Part shown: in pieces, positions 17,524 through 28,061 of the stretch
How the letters are laid out: each line of letters opens with the position of its first letter
How positions within the stretch are numbered: the stretch's first letter is position 1
Assembly: GCA_964535935.1 (NCBI GenBank)
Contig: CAZHWM010000004.1
Span: forward strand, 47,569-111,568
Reading direction: 5' to 3'
Source: an uncultured Planctomycetales bacterium
GTDB taxonomy: Bacteria > Omnitrophota > Gorgyraeia > Zapsychrales > Zapsychraceae
DNA: 64,000 nt
Program-made: the position numbers and the translations under genes
Notes under the pieces: generated by a model
What the model was told of the DNA's origin: nothing
Database searches by the model: none
The model's input: the letters and a program-made list of their open reading frames with translations, nothing else

Positions 17524-20313
17524 ATGAAATCTGATTATATTGTTATCCGTTCAGCAAAAGAACATAATCTTAAAGGGATTGATCTTAAGATACCAAGGAA
17601 TAAATTTGTTGTTATCACTGGATTGAGTGGTTCAGGAAAGTCTTCTTTAGCTTTTGATACTATTTATGCTGAAGGACAGCGTAGATATGTGGAAAGTTTG
17701 TCTGCATATGCAAGACAGTTTTTAGAACAGTTGCGCAAACCTGATGTAGAAGCTATTGAAGGGTTATCTCCTACTATTTCTATTGAGCAGAAGACTACTA
17801 GCCGTAATCCCCGTTCTACAGTAGCCACACAGACTGAGATATATGATCATCTGCGTCTATTTTATGCAAGGGTTGGGGAACCTTTTTGTTATAAGTGTGG
17901 TAAGAAGATAGAACGGCAGTCTGCACAGGAGATAGTTGAACAAATATTACACGCTAAAGAAGGTGAGCGTGTAATGATATTGACACCTATTATTCGTGGG
18001 AAAAAAGGGGAGTATAAGGATATTTCAAAGAAGATAGCTCGGGCAGGATTTTCACGGTTCAGGGCAGATGGCAAGATTTATTCAGTTGGCGAGAGTATCA
18101 GTCTGGATAGGTACAAGGTTCATCATATAGAGGCAGTGGTAGATCGTATTACAATTAAACCCTCAATAAAAAAAAGATTAACAGATTCTGTAGAAACTGC
18201 CTTGCAGATGTCATCAGGTATTGTTATAGTTTACTATGAGACTGAGCAGATGGATAGAATTTTTAGCGAGAGGTATGCGTGTATCGATTGTGGTATTAAT
18301 ATAGCGGAGATGTCACCGCGTATGTTTTCGTTTAATTCTCCTTATGGAGCATGTGAACATTGTAATGGTTTGGGGACAAGGATGGAAATAGATCCTGAAT
18401 TGCTTGTTCCGGATGAGAATAAACCATGGATAAATGCTATAGCTCCTTCCAAAAGAGGTAGGCGAGCTTATCTTATGTATTACCGTTCTGTTATGAGACA
18501 GTTGGCATCAATTTATGGAGTGGATACACATATACCGTTTCATAGTCTTAACAATAAGTTTAAAAAGCTACTTTTTTACGGCTCTAACGATGTTATATGG
18601 GGGAAGGTTTATGAAGGCGTTGTTAATTATCTTGAACGGATGTTTAGGACAACGGATAGTGATTGGCTTAAGGATGAATTATCAAAGTATATGTCTGTGC
18701 TTTCATGCCCAGTATGTAATGGAGCTAGGTTAAAGAAAGAGGTATTGGCGGTTAGGATAGCAGGGGTTAATATAGCAGAAGTAACAGGTTTTTCTATAAA
18801 GAAGGCAAGGGAATTTTTTTCTAAGTTAAAATTCCCTAAAGAGAAAGAGATAATCAGTCAGCCCATTTTAAAGGAGATATGCAGGCGGCTTGACTTTTGT
18901 ATTAATGTAGGGCTTGGTTATTTAACCCTAGATAGAAGAAGTTCCTCTCTGTCTGGAGGTGAGGCTGAGCGTATACGTTTAGCCACTCAGGTTGGTTCCG
19001 GGTTAGTAGGAGTTATTTATATACTGGATGAGCCAAGCATAGGTTTACATCAGAGAGATAACGAACGACTTTTAAAAACTCTTCATTCATTACGAGATAT
19101 TGGTAATACCCTTATTGTAGTGGAACATGATGAGGCAACCATAAGAAGTAGTGATTATGTTATTGATTTAGGCCCTGGTGCAGGAGAGTATGGAGGAGAG
19201 GTAATATATGCAGGCAAAGTTTCTGGTTTATTAAAGAGCAATCGTTCTTTTACAGGAAGATATTTAAGTGGTCAGTTACATATTCATACCCCTACTCAAC
19301 GTAGGGAAATCAAGAATTGTAAATATTTGAAAATTATAGGGGCAAGAGAGAATAATCTTAAAGATATAGATGTGGCTATTCCGCTAGGAAGGTTTGTGTG
19401 TGTCACAGGTGTCTCAGGGTCAGGAAAATCTACTCTTGTTGAGGAAATACTTTATAAGGGATTGGTCCAACGACTTCATAATTCTAGGCAAAAGCCGGGG
19501 TTGCATAAAAAAATATTGGGTATAGAATATATTGATAAAGTAATAGAGGTTGATCAATCTCCAATAGGCCGTACACCAAGATCTAATCCTGCTACCTATA
19601 CAGGAGTATTTAGTCATATTAGGCAGCTTTTTAGCCAGCTGCCAGAATCAAAGATGCGAGGGTATAAGCCAGGACGGTTTAGTTTTAATGTTAAGGGAGG
19701 TCGTTGTGAGGCATGTAAGGGGGACGGAATATTAAAGATAGAGATGCATTTCCTCCCGGATGTATATGTTGAATGTGAGGTTTGTGGTGGCAAAAGATTT
19801 TCTGAGCAGACATTAAGTATTGAATTCAAAGGCAAAAACATAGCAGATATTCTTGATTCTTCTGTTGGAGAATGTATGAAAATTTTCGATAATATACCTC
19901 CTATAATGAGAATCTTAGCCACTTTGTATGATGTGGGGTTGGGGTATATAAAATTAGGTCAACCAGCCCCCACCTTGTCGGGCGGAGAGGCACAGCGAGT
20001 TAAACTTGCGAGTGAATTATGCAGGCAGTCTACGGGAAAGACATTTTATATCTTAGATGAACCAACAACGGGGCTGCATTTTGCAGATGTAGATAAACTC
20101 CTTTCTATATTGCATAGATTAGTTGATAAGGGTAATACAGTACTTGTTATAGAACATAATATGGATGTAATTAAAAGTGCTGATTATATTATTGATCTTG
20201 GACCAGAGGGCGGAGATAGTGGAGGGGAGGTTGTTTTTGCTGGAACACCAGAGGATTTAGTTAATCATAAGCAGTCATATACAGGAGAATATCTTTCAAG
20301 AATATTAAGCTAA
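17524..20313 (+). CDS. uvrA: Excinuclease ABC subunit A
   Basis: Two GxSGSGKS Walker A motifs, LSGGE signatures, zinc fingers, DEPSIGLH and DEPTTGLH. Confidence 0.99.
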   Translation: MKSDYIVIRSAKEHNLKGIDLKIPRNKFVVITGLSGSGKSSLAFDTIYAEGQRRYVESLSAYARQFLEQLRKPDVEAIEGLSPTISIEQKTTSRNPRSTVATQTEIYDHLRLFYARVGEPFCYKCGKKIERQSAQEIVEQILHAKEGERVMILTPIIRGKKGEYKDISKKIARAGFSRFRADGKIYSVGESISLDRYKVHHIEAVVDRITIKPSIKKRLTDSVETALQMSSGIVIVYYETEQMDRIFSERYACIDCGINIAEMSPRMFSFNSPYGACEHCNGLGTRMEIDPELLVPDENKPWINAIAPSKRGRRAYLMYYRSVMRQLASIYGVDTHIPFHSLNNKFKKLLFYGSNDVIWGKVYEGVVNYLERMFRTTDSDWLKDELSKYMSVLSCPVCNGARLKKEVLAVRIAGVNIAEVTGFSIKKAREFFSKLKFPKEKEIISQPILKEICRRLDFCINVGLGYLTLDRRSSSLSGGEAERIRLATQVGSGLVGVIYILDEPSIGLHQRDNERLLKTLHSLRDIGNTLIVVEHDEATIRSSDYVIDLGPGAGEYGGEVIYAGKVSGLLKSNRSFTGRYLSGQLHIHTPTQRREIKNCKYLKIIGARENNLKDIDVAIPLGRFVCVTGVSGSGKSTLVEEILYKGLVQRLHNSRQKPGLHKKILGIEYIDKVIEVDQSPIGRTPRSNPATYTGVFSHIRQLFSQLPESKMRGYKPGRFSFNVKGGRCEACKGDGILKIEMHFLPDVYVECEVCGGKRFSEQTLSIEFKGKNIADILDSSVGECMKIFDNIPPIMRILATLYDVGLGYIKLGQPAPTLSGGEAQRVKLASELCRQSTGKTFYILDEPTTGLHFADVDKLLSILHRLVDKGNTVLVIEHNMDVIKSADYIIDLGPEGGDSGGEVVFAGTPEDLVNHKQSYTGEYLSRILS

Positions 20314-20326
20314 GAGTTCAATAGAG

Positions 20327-22975
20327 ATGAAAAAAAATATTTTTTATAAGAGACAGTTAAGATTGATAGTTGCAGTGTTATTGTTGATATCTCTATGCAT
20401 AGTAACAAGGGTATATGCAGTTCAGGAAGCGAAGGAGTTATTTTTTGTCGCTCAGGAGGCATTTGAGGATGGTTTCTATGATGTAGCTATTCGTTATATT
20501 AACCAACTTTTGGAAAAATATCCTGATACGGAACGTAATGTTAAAGCGAAATTGTTGTTGGGGCAATGTTATTTTTTTAAAAAAGAATATTTAAAGGCAT
20601 ATGATACCTTTCATGATTTACTTCAATACACAGAGTTGAAGGACGCGACCTTGTTTTGGTTAGGGGAGACTTATCTTAAGGGAGCGGATTATAAAGAGGC
20701 AGAAAAACATTATAAAGAGTTAATCGAATTGTATCCTGATTCTATATATACGCCACAGGCATATTATTCGTTAGGCTGGCTTTATTTTGACCAGAAAGAA
20801 TTCAAGAAGGCTGGTAAGATGTTCAAAAAGTTGGTGCATAAATTTCCAAAACACCAATTATGTGAAGAGGCAAGATTTAAATTAGGAGAAATTAAATTTG
20901 ATCGAGGTAAATATAAGGAGGCTTTACGATATTTTGAAGAATATTTAAAAGCCTATCCTCAGTCTACCCGGAGGGCTGATGCATATTTTATTATGGGGGA
21001 GTCTTGTTATAGCCTTAATGATTTCCTTACAGCTATTACTTATTATACTAAAGCGGCTGATATAGCATATGATAGTAATTTGATATTAATGGCTAAGGTA
21101 AGTTTAGGCTGGTGCTATTTAAAGCTTGGCAAGTATAATATATCTCAGAAATATTTTGATGCCGCAGAAAAATTTGCTAAACAAAAGGGGATTGATTCAG
21201 ATGATATATATTTAGGGAAAGCGAGTTTATTTACAGAAACAGGTGAGTATAAAAAAGCATTGGATGCATATTCCCAATTGATAGAACGGTTCCCTAAAAG
21301 TAAGAGGATTTTTGAGGCATATTTGGGTAAGGCAAATACTTATTATAAATTAAAACAATACTTATTTGCTATCCGTACTTATAAAGAATTAATTAATAAG
21401 TTATCCGTCTTGGATAGAGGAGCAAGTACAGTTGCAGGTAGTAGGTCTACTAGAATGTATTATGGGCAAGGTGCCACGGCATCTGAGATTGTAAATAATC
21501 ATAATAGTCCTTTATTAAACACTTCTTCATTGTCTTATACAAAACATCAACCACTTTCTAAGGATTATAAGGATATATTAGAAAAGGCATATTTTGGCCT
21601 TGCTTGGTCATATCTAAAATCAGGTGATGTTGATTCCTCTATAAAGATATTTCGTACAGTAAAAGATAAAACCGATAATGAGATAGTAGAAATAAGTGCT
21701 CTAGCCCAGATAGGAGATGCTTATCAAGATATAGGACAGTATAATAAGGCAATAGAAGTTTATGATGAGATATTAAAGGAATATTCTAATAGCCCTTATT
21801 TAGATTATGTCCAGTATCGCCAGGGAATAGCTCTTTTAAAATCTGATAAAGTAAAGGCTGCAGTCCTTTCTTTTGAAACTCTTAAGGCAAATTTTCCGGA
21901 GAGTAAATTTCTTAAAGATGTAAAGTATTACTTGGCAGTGTCATATTTTAAGATGGGGGATTGGTCAAATACGATTGAGCAAATGAATGATTTCATAGCT
22001 TCTTCCTCTGAAAAGGATAAACGTTCTATAGGGGAGGCCTATTATATTCTGGCATTAGCAGAGTTTAATATAGCTGAATATAAAAAGGCCTTAAAGAGTT
22101 TTAATTATATTATTAAACAATATAAATCTGAAGATAGGTTGATTGGGAAGTCAGAGATAGGGATTGCTAAGTGCTATTATAGAATAGGCAAGGTAGATGA
22201 GTCGATAAAGAGATTTAAGATTTTGGTTTATAAATATCCGAATTCTTCAATAGAGGCAGATGCGTTGATTTGGTTAGGGGATTATTATTTAGGAGTTTCG
22301 GACTTTGATAATGCCATTGATTATTATTCCCAATTCGTTAAGGAGTTTCCTGAGCATAAACAGATAAATATGGTCCTTTACGATTTGGGACAGGCATATT
22401 TTGCAAAAGAGGAATATGATAAGGCCTTAAATGCTTTTAAAAGAATTGACAGGAAAGACATTGAATTGTATGCTAAGGCAAGACTTGTTATTGCAGAAAT
22501 ATTTTCCCGTAAATTGGAGCCAGATGCTGCTATAGATACATACAATAGCATTATAAAAACTTCTCCAGAATTTAAACGTGATGCCTATGTGAAGATAGCG
22601 GAAATTTATAAGGGATTGGGAGAGTATAATAAAGCTATTGCTGCATATAAATCCGCTCTTTCAGCAAAATTAGGACGTAGCAGAACAGAGGCAGTCGAGA
22701 TACGGTTTCTTATTGGTGATGCTTATGAGTTGATGGGTAATCCTTTAAAGGCAGTAGATGAATATTTTAAAATACCATATCTTTATAAAAATAAAAAACA
22801 TTGGGTTGTTAAGGCATATCTTAATATTGCTAAGGTGTTCGAGAATGAGGGGAAGTGGTCTGAAGCTAAAAAGATATATGAAAAGATTATTGGGTTACAT
22901 ACCGATGAAGCAAAATTTGCAAAAGAGAGAATTGAGTGGATGAGAGCACATAATTTGATTGGATGGGAAGGATAG
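20327..22975 (+). CDS. Large exported TPR-repeat protein (BamD/CpoB-like repeats)
   Basis: N-terminal signal peptide; many TPR units ending in YP/FP motifs (e.g. KYPD, KFPK, NFPE). Confidence 0.85.
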   Translation: MKKNIFYKRQLRLIVAVLLLISLCIVTRVYAVQEAKELFFVAQEAFEDGFYDVAIRYINQLLEKYPDTERNVKAKLLLGQCYFFKKEYLKAYDTFHDLLQYTELKDATLFWLGETYLKGADYKEAEKHYKELIELYPDSIYTPQAYYSLGWLYFDQKEFKKAGKMFKKLVHKFPKHQLCEEARFKLGEIKFDRGKYKEALRYFEEYLKAYPQSTRRADAYFIMGESCYSLNDFLTAITYYTKAADIAYDSNLILMAKVSLGWCYLKLGKYNISQKYFDAAEKFAKQKGIDSDDIYLGKASLFTETGEYKKALDAYSQLIERFPKSKRIFEAYLGKANTYYKLKQYLFAIRTYKELINKLSVLDRGASTVAGSRSTRMYYGQGATASEIVNNHNSPLLNTSSLSYTKHQPLSKDYKDILEKAYFGLAWSYLKSGDVDSSIKIFRTVKDKTDNEIVEISALAQIGDAYQDIGQYNKAIEVYDEILKEYSNSPYLDYVQYRQGIALLKSDKVKAAVLSFETLKANFPESKFLKDVKYYLAVSYFKMGDWSNTIEQMNDFIASSSEKDKRSIGEAYYILALAEFNIAEYKKALKSFNYIIKQYKSEDRLIGKSEIGIAKCYYRIGKVDESIKRFKILVYKYPNSSIEADALIWLGDYYLGVSDFDNAIDYYSQFVKEFPEHKQINMVLYDLGQAYFAKEEYDKALNAFKRIDRKDIELYAKARLVIAEIFSRKLEPDAAIDTYNSIIKTSPEFKRDAYVKIAEIYKGLGEYNKAIAAYKSALSAKLGRSRTEAVEIRFLIGDAYELMGNPLKAVDEYFKIPYLYKNKKHWVVKAYLNIAKVFENEGKWSEAKKIYEKIIGLHTDEAKFAKERIEWMRAHNLIGWEG

Positions 22976-23065
22976 CCCTTTCAAAAGTTGTAGGTTTTGT
23001 CTTGGTTTTTATTCCCAGATTGTGATTTATCTTTAATTAGAATAAGTAATTAGGAGGAAAAGCTA

Positions 23066-23722
23066 ATGAATGGACTTTGGCAGATGAATATATGGACTAT
23101 GATAAAGGCGGGTGGCCCAATTATGATTCCAATATTGTTGTGTTCTTTTTTTGGTGTAGCTATTATTATTGAAAAATTACTATATTTTAGAAGTATTAAG
23201 GACGATATAGTTAGACTTAAGCAACATGTCTTTGAGTTTATTAAAGAAAATAGAATGAAGGAAGCGATAGAGCTTTGTGATAGAAGCCCTTCCCCGGTTG
23301 CTAAGATAATGAAGGCAGGTATTATTAAATTCGGTTGTTCTAGGGAAGAGATAAAGGAAAGTATGGAGGATGCGAGTTTGTTTGAGATCCCAAAATTAGA
23401 AAGTAAGATAAGCGCCTTGGCAACGATAGCACATATAAGTCCGTTATTAGGGCTTTTAGGTACTGTTACGGGGATGACTGCTAGTTTTAGTATGATACAG
23501 AGACAGGCAGCTTCTCTTAATCCTGTAACTCCTGGTGATTTGGCAGGGGGTATCGGAGAGGCGCTTTTGACAACAGTAGCGGGTCTTATTGTGGCTATTC
23601 CTGCTTTTGTCGCATATAATTATTTTGTAAATCGCATTAATCATTTTATCTTGGATATGGAGAGGGCAGCCACTGAGTTGGTTAATTATATGTGTCAAAT
23701 TGCAGAGCAAGGAGTTGATTAG
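23066..23722 (+). CDS. MotA/TolQ/ExbB family proton-channel protein
   Basis: PLLGLLGTVTGM and GIGEALLTTVAGL.VAIPA motifs. Confidence 0.95.
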   Translation: MNGLWQMNIWTMIKAGGPIMIPILLCSFFGVAIIIEKLLYFRSIKDDIVRLKQHVFEFIKENRMKEAIELCDRSPSPVAKIMKAGIIKFGCSREEIKESMEDASLFEIPKLESKISALATIAHISPLLGLLGTVTGMTASFSMIQRQAASLNPVTPGDLAGGIGEALLTTVAGLIVAIPAFVAYNYFVNRINHFILDMERAATELVNYMCQIAEQGVD

Positions 23723-23769
23723 TTTTAAAATAGCTTTAATATTTAATAATATTTAACTTAAGATAACAA

Positions 23770-24174
23770 ATGAAATTTAGGAGACATACCAAATTAGAAT
23801 ATGGGTTGGAGCAGATAGATATAGCTCCTCTTATAGATGTAATTTTTCAGTTGTTGATATTTTTTATGTTGTCTTCCTCCTTTACTTTTCAGACTGGAAT
23901 TAAGGTGAGTCTGCCAAAGGCAGTGACTAGTGATGCAATAAAGGATGAGAATCTTATTATAACTATTACGCGTGAAAATGTTATTTATCTGAATGGTAAA
24001 GTAGCAACTATGGAAGAATTACGGCATCAGCTTAGCAAAGCAGCAGACAATGGTAGGGCATTATTGATAAAGGCAGATAGACGGGCATCTGTAGGTAGAA
24101 TAGTTGATGTCTGGGATTTGTGTAGAAATTTGGGTATTGAGAAGATAAATATAGCTACAAACCAAGGAAGCTAA
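23770..24174 (+). CDS. ExbD/TolR family protein
   Basis: IAPLIDVIFQLLIFFML transmembrane helix with the conserved Asp; IKADR. Confidence 0.95.
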   Translation: MKFRRHTKLEYGLEQIDIAPLIDVIFQLLIFFMLSSSFTFQTGIKVSLPKAVTSDAIKDENLIITITRENVIYLNGKVATMEELRHQLSKAADNGRALLIKADRRASVGRIVDVWDLCRNLGIEKINIATNQGS

Positions 24175-24236
24175 AGGATTAGGGAATAACATTAGGGGTT
24201 GATAAAATTTTAGGTGGAATTAATTATTTTTAAGAT

Positions 24237-24662
24237 ATGTCACTACGACAACATGGATTGTTCCTTTTGTCATTAACGTTTTCAATATTCGCACAATTTT
24301 TGCTATTTAAAAAGATAGTGATTGTGCCGATAGAGTATCATCCAGGGGAAAAACCCCAGATAGTATTTTTAGGTGCAATTTTAAAAAATGTGAGGACTCC
24401 ATTGATAACGACGGATAACTATGTAAGCAAGTATTTTGTTTATAATGATATAATACCTATTTCAAATGAAGATTTTCGTAATATATTAGTAGATAAACCT
24501 ATTTGTTATGTAACAGATGAAGGGAAATATCCTAAGGGTTATCCCCCAAAGACAGTGTTTCCTTTAAAGCCAATAGTAGAAGATAATGAAACTTTAGACA
24601 TGGAAAATAGTGGTATCTTAAAGATACAACCATATCTGCCATTACGATTTTATATAAAATGA
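24237..24662 (+). CDS. Hypothetical single-pass membrane protein in the TonB/TolA position
   Basis: N-terminal hydrophobic helix and Pro-containing tail; directly follows exbD. Confidence 0.6.
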   Translation: MSLRQHGLFLLSLTFSIFAQFLLFKKIVIVPIEYHPGEKPQIVFLGAILKNVRTPLITTDNYVSKYFVYNDIIPISNEDFRNILVDKPICYVTDEGKYPKGYPPKTVFPLKPIVEDNETLDMENSGILKIQPYLPLRFYIK

Positions 24663-24898
24663 TACAACTTACTATAAATACTGCTGTTGCTATTTATGTT
24701 TCTTTTTTTATTTTTCTTGTATTTAGTTTATGGTTATTTTATGATTATAATGAAAAAATTGGCATATATGACGTTAAGTTTTTAAGACAGTGTCCATTTT
24801 GTACATATTTATTTTTTTATTATAATAATAAAGGAAAGGATGAAACTATTTTATGTCCGAGATGTAAAAGTCATTTTGAATATATACCCAAAAAATGA
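24659..24898 (+). CDS. Small membrane-anchored zinc-ribbon protein
   Basis: One transmembrane helix, then CPFC...CPRC; start overlaps the upstream gene. Confidence 0.7.
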   Translation: MIQLTINTAVAIYVSFFIFLVFSLWLFYDYNEKIGIYDVKFLRQCPFCTYLFFYYNNKGKDETILCPRCKSHFEYIPKK

Positions 24899-24926
24899 GA
24901 TAGGGACATTTATTTGATGGCTTATT

Positions 24927-25268
24927 ATGTTAAAAGAATTAAGAAAGGATAATGAAGGTGTTGTTTTTGTTACGGTTATAATGATAATAACGGTAGTGAT
25001 AGCACTTGTTGTGAGTATATTAGGGCTAAATACTACACGTGTTAAAACCACAGAAAGTGAGATAAGACAGATACAGTCGGAATTATTGGCTGAAGGGGCC
25101 TTAGATTTATTTTTATCAAATCAACTTTCAGATTCCGCAGGGAATTTTATTAGTGATTCCCTATATATAGGTCCTTATTTATTTAATATAAGTGCTAATC
25201 TTTATAGTAGTGGGACAGGTATTTTTGGGACTTCAAAACTGAATATAGATGTAGTTTATTCAGAATAA
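24927..25268 (+). CDS. PilX/GspK-like minor pilin
   Basis: KDNEG|VVFVTVIMII class III-like signal lacking Glu5, followed by a Q..LLAEGA motif. Confidence 0.7.
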   Translation: MLKELRKDNEGVVFVTVIMIITVVIALVVSILGLNTTRVKTTESEIRQIQSELLAEGALDLFLSNQLSDSAGNFISDSLYIGPYLFNISANLYSSGTGIFGTSKLNIDVVYSE

Positions 25269-25307
25269 GATGTTGTTTAATACTACCTTTAAAGATAAAC
25301 TGGGAAG

Positions 25308-26837
25308 ATGATGGAACAAGGAACACAGATAGGTATGTTTTGGGCTAGTAATTATTTGTTTTTTGTAGAAGCCCGAGGGATAGATATCGTTAAGACCTTT
25401 AAAGTTTCAATTAAAGCAAAGCTATCTGGCGGGATAGGTGTAGCTAAGATAGAGGAGGGTATACAGTTGGCTTCTATCCCCCCAGAAGATCTTCCTGATA
25501 ATAGTCTTATTAATATTTCTTTGCCCGCACAAGATATTCTTTTCCGTTCTTTTGTTGTTCCATGGGTAAGTGCAAATGAGATAAAGTCAGTGGTAGAGTT
25601 TGAGGTTTTGAAATATATTCCATTTAGCCTGGAAGATTTGGTTTATTCTTTCCATTCTACAGTATGCACCAAAGATAATCTTCGATCATTGCGTATAATT
25701 TTTGTTGGTATAAAAAATACGGTGTTACAAAGATATTTGAACTATGTAAGGGAGGCAGGTAAAGAGCTTAATTATGTTGAACCAGGGGCAGTGGCTTTAA
25801 TTAGAGGTCTTTTGGTCAAGGATATTATTTCCATAGAACAAACTATTGCTATCGTAGAGAAAGATGATAAGGATGGAAAAATAATTATAACGACTCAGGG
25901 TGAACCGTTGTTTGTTAGAGAGTTTCAATTAAGACCAGCTTATGAAGAAGGGGAAGAGGATAACGATAGATGGAGTACTCGACTTATAGATGAGGTGAAT
26001 ATTTCATTGGATTACTTTTGCAGACAGGAAAATATGCCAAGTGTAGAGAAGGTTATATTTTTATCGATAATCCCATCCGATATAGTGATAAAGAAATTAG
26101 AGGGGAAGATATCGTTACCTATACAGGTAGTTTCTGTTCAGGAGATATTTCATGATGATGGACTTAATTCAATAAGTTTTCTAAAGGCTTATGGTTCTGC
26201 TGTAGCGGGACAGAAACTTCCTGTATATTTTGAGTTATCAGGCGAGAAGAAAAATCCACATATTCAAATTTCGTCTTATGATGAAGGGTTGGGTTATAAA
26301 GAAATTGCTAAGACAGCGGTAGTGTGTGTATTGGCTATTATATTAACTTTGGTTGTTACTAATAATTTGCTCAGGGAACATAGACATAAGATTGATATGT
26401 TAAGAAAAGATTTAGGAGAATATCAAAGTGTTTCCATAGATAAGGTTAGGGTGAAGAACATAAATTTAAAAAATAGATTAAAAATGTTAAAAGATATTCG
26501 CTTAAAGAGTGATGTCCATTTTTTTTTAAAACTCATACCTACGCTGTTGCCATCGGGGACATGGATTAAGGATATAGATATTACTTATTTAGATACATTT
26601 AAAAAAAATAAAAAAGGTAAAGAGTCAGAAGGGGGGAAAGGGGAAATTAGTATTAGTATGTCAGGTTATGCTTACTTAGATGACATAAAGGAACAGTTTA
26701 GGCAGGTTAATGAATTATTGAAGAATTTAAAGGATGAAAAACGATTTTCAAGATTTTTTGATAATATTAATTTAGAAACTAATATTACAAGATTAGATGA
26801 TTACACTGTGACAGTGTTTAAGATTCAATGTAGATAA
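25308..26837 (+). CDS. PilM/PilN (GspL-like) fused alignment-complex protein
   Basis: Actin-like PilM features (FEVLKYIPF, EPGAVAL, LFVRE, EVNISLDYF), then a TM helix, coiled coil and PilN-like LPSGTWI...SGYA region. Confidence 0.75.
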   Translation: MMEQGTQIGMFWASNYLFFVEARGIDIVKTFKVSIKAKLSGGIGVAKIEEGIQLASIPPEDLPDNSLINISLPAQDILFRSFVVPWVSANEIKSVVEFEVLKYIPFSLEDLVYSFHSTVCTKDNLRSLRIIFVGIKNTVLQRYLNYVREAGKELNYVEPGAVALIRGLLVKDIISIEQTIAIVEKDDKDGKIIITTQGEPLFVREFQLRPAYEEGEEDNDRWSTRLIDEVNISLDYFCRQENMPSVEKVIFLSIIPSDIVIKKLEGKISLPIQVVSVQEIFHDDGLNSISFLKAYGSAVAGQKLPVYFELSGEKKNPHIQISSYDEGLGYKEIAKTAVVCVLAIILTLVVTNNLLREHRHKIDMLRKDLGEYQSVSIDKVRVKNINLKNRLKMLKDIRLKSDVHFFLKLIPTLLPSGTWIKDIDITYLDTFKKNKKGKESEGGKGEISISMSGYAYLDDIKEQFRQVNELLKNLKDEKRFSRFFDNINLETNITRLDDYTVTVFKIQCR

Positions 26838-26891
26838 GGAATATATTTTATTTATAAAAATTGTGTTGTTTATAGTCTGTGGAGAGGATGG

Positions 26892-27506
26892 ATGAATATA
26901 AAAGATCTAAGTAAGATAGATGTAAAGGATTTAAAGGATATAGATTTTAATGCACTTTTAAAGGATCTGCAGGGACGCCCAACTCTTTTAGTTAATATTT
27001 TATTGATTATTATTACTTTATTTGTAATAATACAAATTATAGTAGGGTATAAAACTAAAGTAAAAATTATACATAAAGAGATTCCAACTTTGGAAGAGAA
27101 GAAACAGGTGATCCAAGAGGCACAAAAGATAAAAAAAAATTATAAAACATTTTGGGATAAGCTTCCTCCTACAATATCTAAGGATAAGTTTATAGAATTA
27201 ATTTCAGATTTGGCTATAGCTAATAATATACAGATAATTTCTTTGTCACCAGTTGATAAAAGAGATGATGAGAATAAGGAGATACTGACCACATCTTTAA
27301 CTATTTTGGCTACTTCTAAGAATAATTATGATGATTTATTATCATTTATTAAGGCATTAGAGAATACTCTTTATGCAATAAGAATAGATGAATGGACTGT
27401 GAAGACAGGTGGACATGTTTTTCATCGCTTTTCAGCAAAAAAGCAGGATAGTAGTTCTATAAAATCGAGGTTGAAAATTACAGCAATTAATCTTAAACAT
27501 GATTAG
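26892..27506 (+). CDS. PilO/GspM-like protein
   Basis: TM helix, coiled coil and YDDLLSFIKALE motif; operon position. Confidence 0.7.
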   Translation: MNIKDLSKIDVKDLKDIDFNALLKDLQGRPTLLVNILLIIITLFVIIQIIVGYKTKVKIIHKEIPTLEEKKQVIQEAQKIKKNYKTFWDKLPPTISKDKFIELISDLAIANNIQIISLSPVDKRDDENKEILTTSLTILATSKNNYDDLLSFIKALENTLYAIRIDEWTVKTGGHVFHRFSAKKQDSSSIKSRLKITAINLKHD

Positions 27507-27987
27507 ACTATTTGTTATATTATATTTTATTTGTTATTTGGGATTTTTTCAAATAGGTGTTTTATGGGCATGGACATATAATCCATTTAAACCCAAGTTG
27601 CCTGAATGGCCGGGAAAAAAGACAGTTCCTCACAAAAAGAAGAAAAAGATTAAACCTAAAAAAATACGACCCATTCTACCTAACCCTATTCCTTCTATCA
27701 AAAATGAATATCATAAAAAAAATAAATATTATAGGAAAAAAAAGATAGGGGATAAAAGATCTAAACAACCAGTAACAAGACAAAAATCATTAAGTCCAGT
27801 TCCTCCTTTGCCAAGATTAGAAGTTACAGGTGTGGTTTGGAATAGTGATAGGCCCCAAGCTATTATTAATAATACAGTGGTAGGGATTGGGGATATTATT
27901 GAGAATACTAAAATAAAGGTGGTAGATATAAGAAAGGATGCGATTGATATAATATTTGCGGGAAAGAAAATTACTATTACTCCATGA
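27499..27987 (+). CDS. PilP/GspB-like protein
   Basis: NPF motif, Lys/Pro linker, LEVTGVVW..RPQAIINN..V.IGD domain. Confidence 0.65.
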   Translation: MIRLFVILYFICYLGFFQIGVLWAWTYNPFKPKLPEWPGKKTVPHKKKKKIKPKKIRPILPNPIPSIKNEYHKKNKYYRKKKIGDKRSKQPVTRQKSLSPVPPLPRLEVTGVVWNSDRPQAIINNTVVGIGDIIENTKIKVVDIRKDAIDIIFAGKKITITP

Positions 27988-27990
27988 AAC

Positions 27991-28019
27991 TTGACAGGAT
28001 GTTTTATTAGAAGTAAAAT
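27991..28019 (+). promoter_or_regulatory. sigma70-type promoter upstream of the secretin gene
   Basis: TTGACA - 17 bp - TAAAAT. Confidence 0.65.
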
Positions 28020-28061
28020 AATATTTTCTAAAGAAGGCAAGATAAAAGGAGTTTTTTTATA

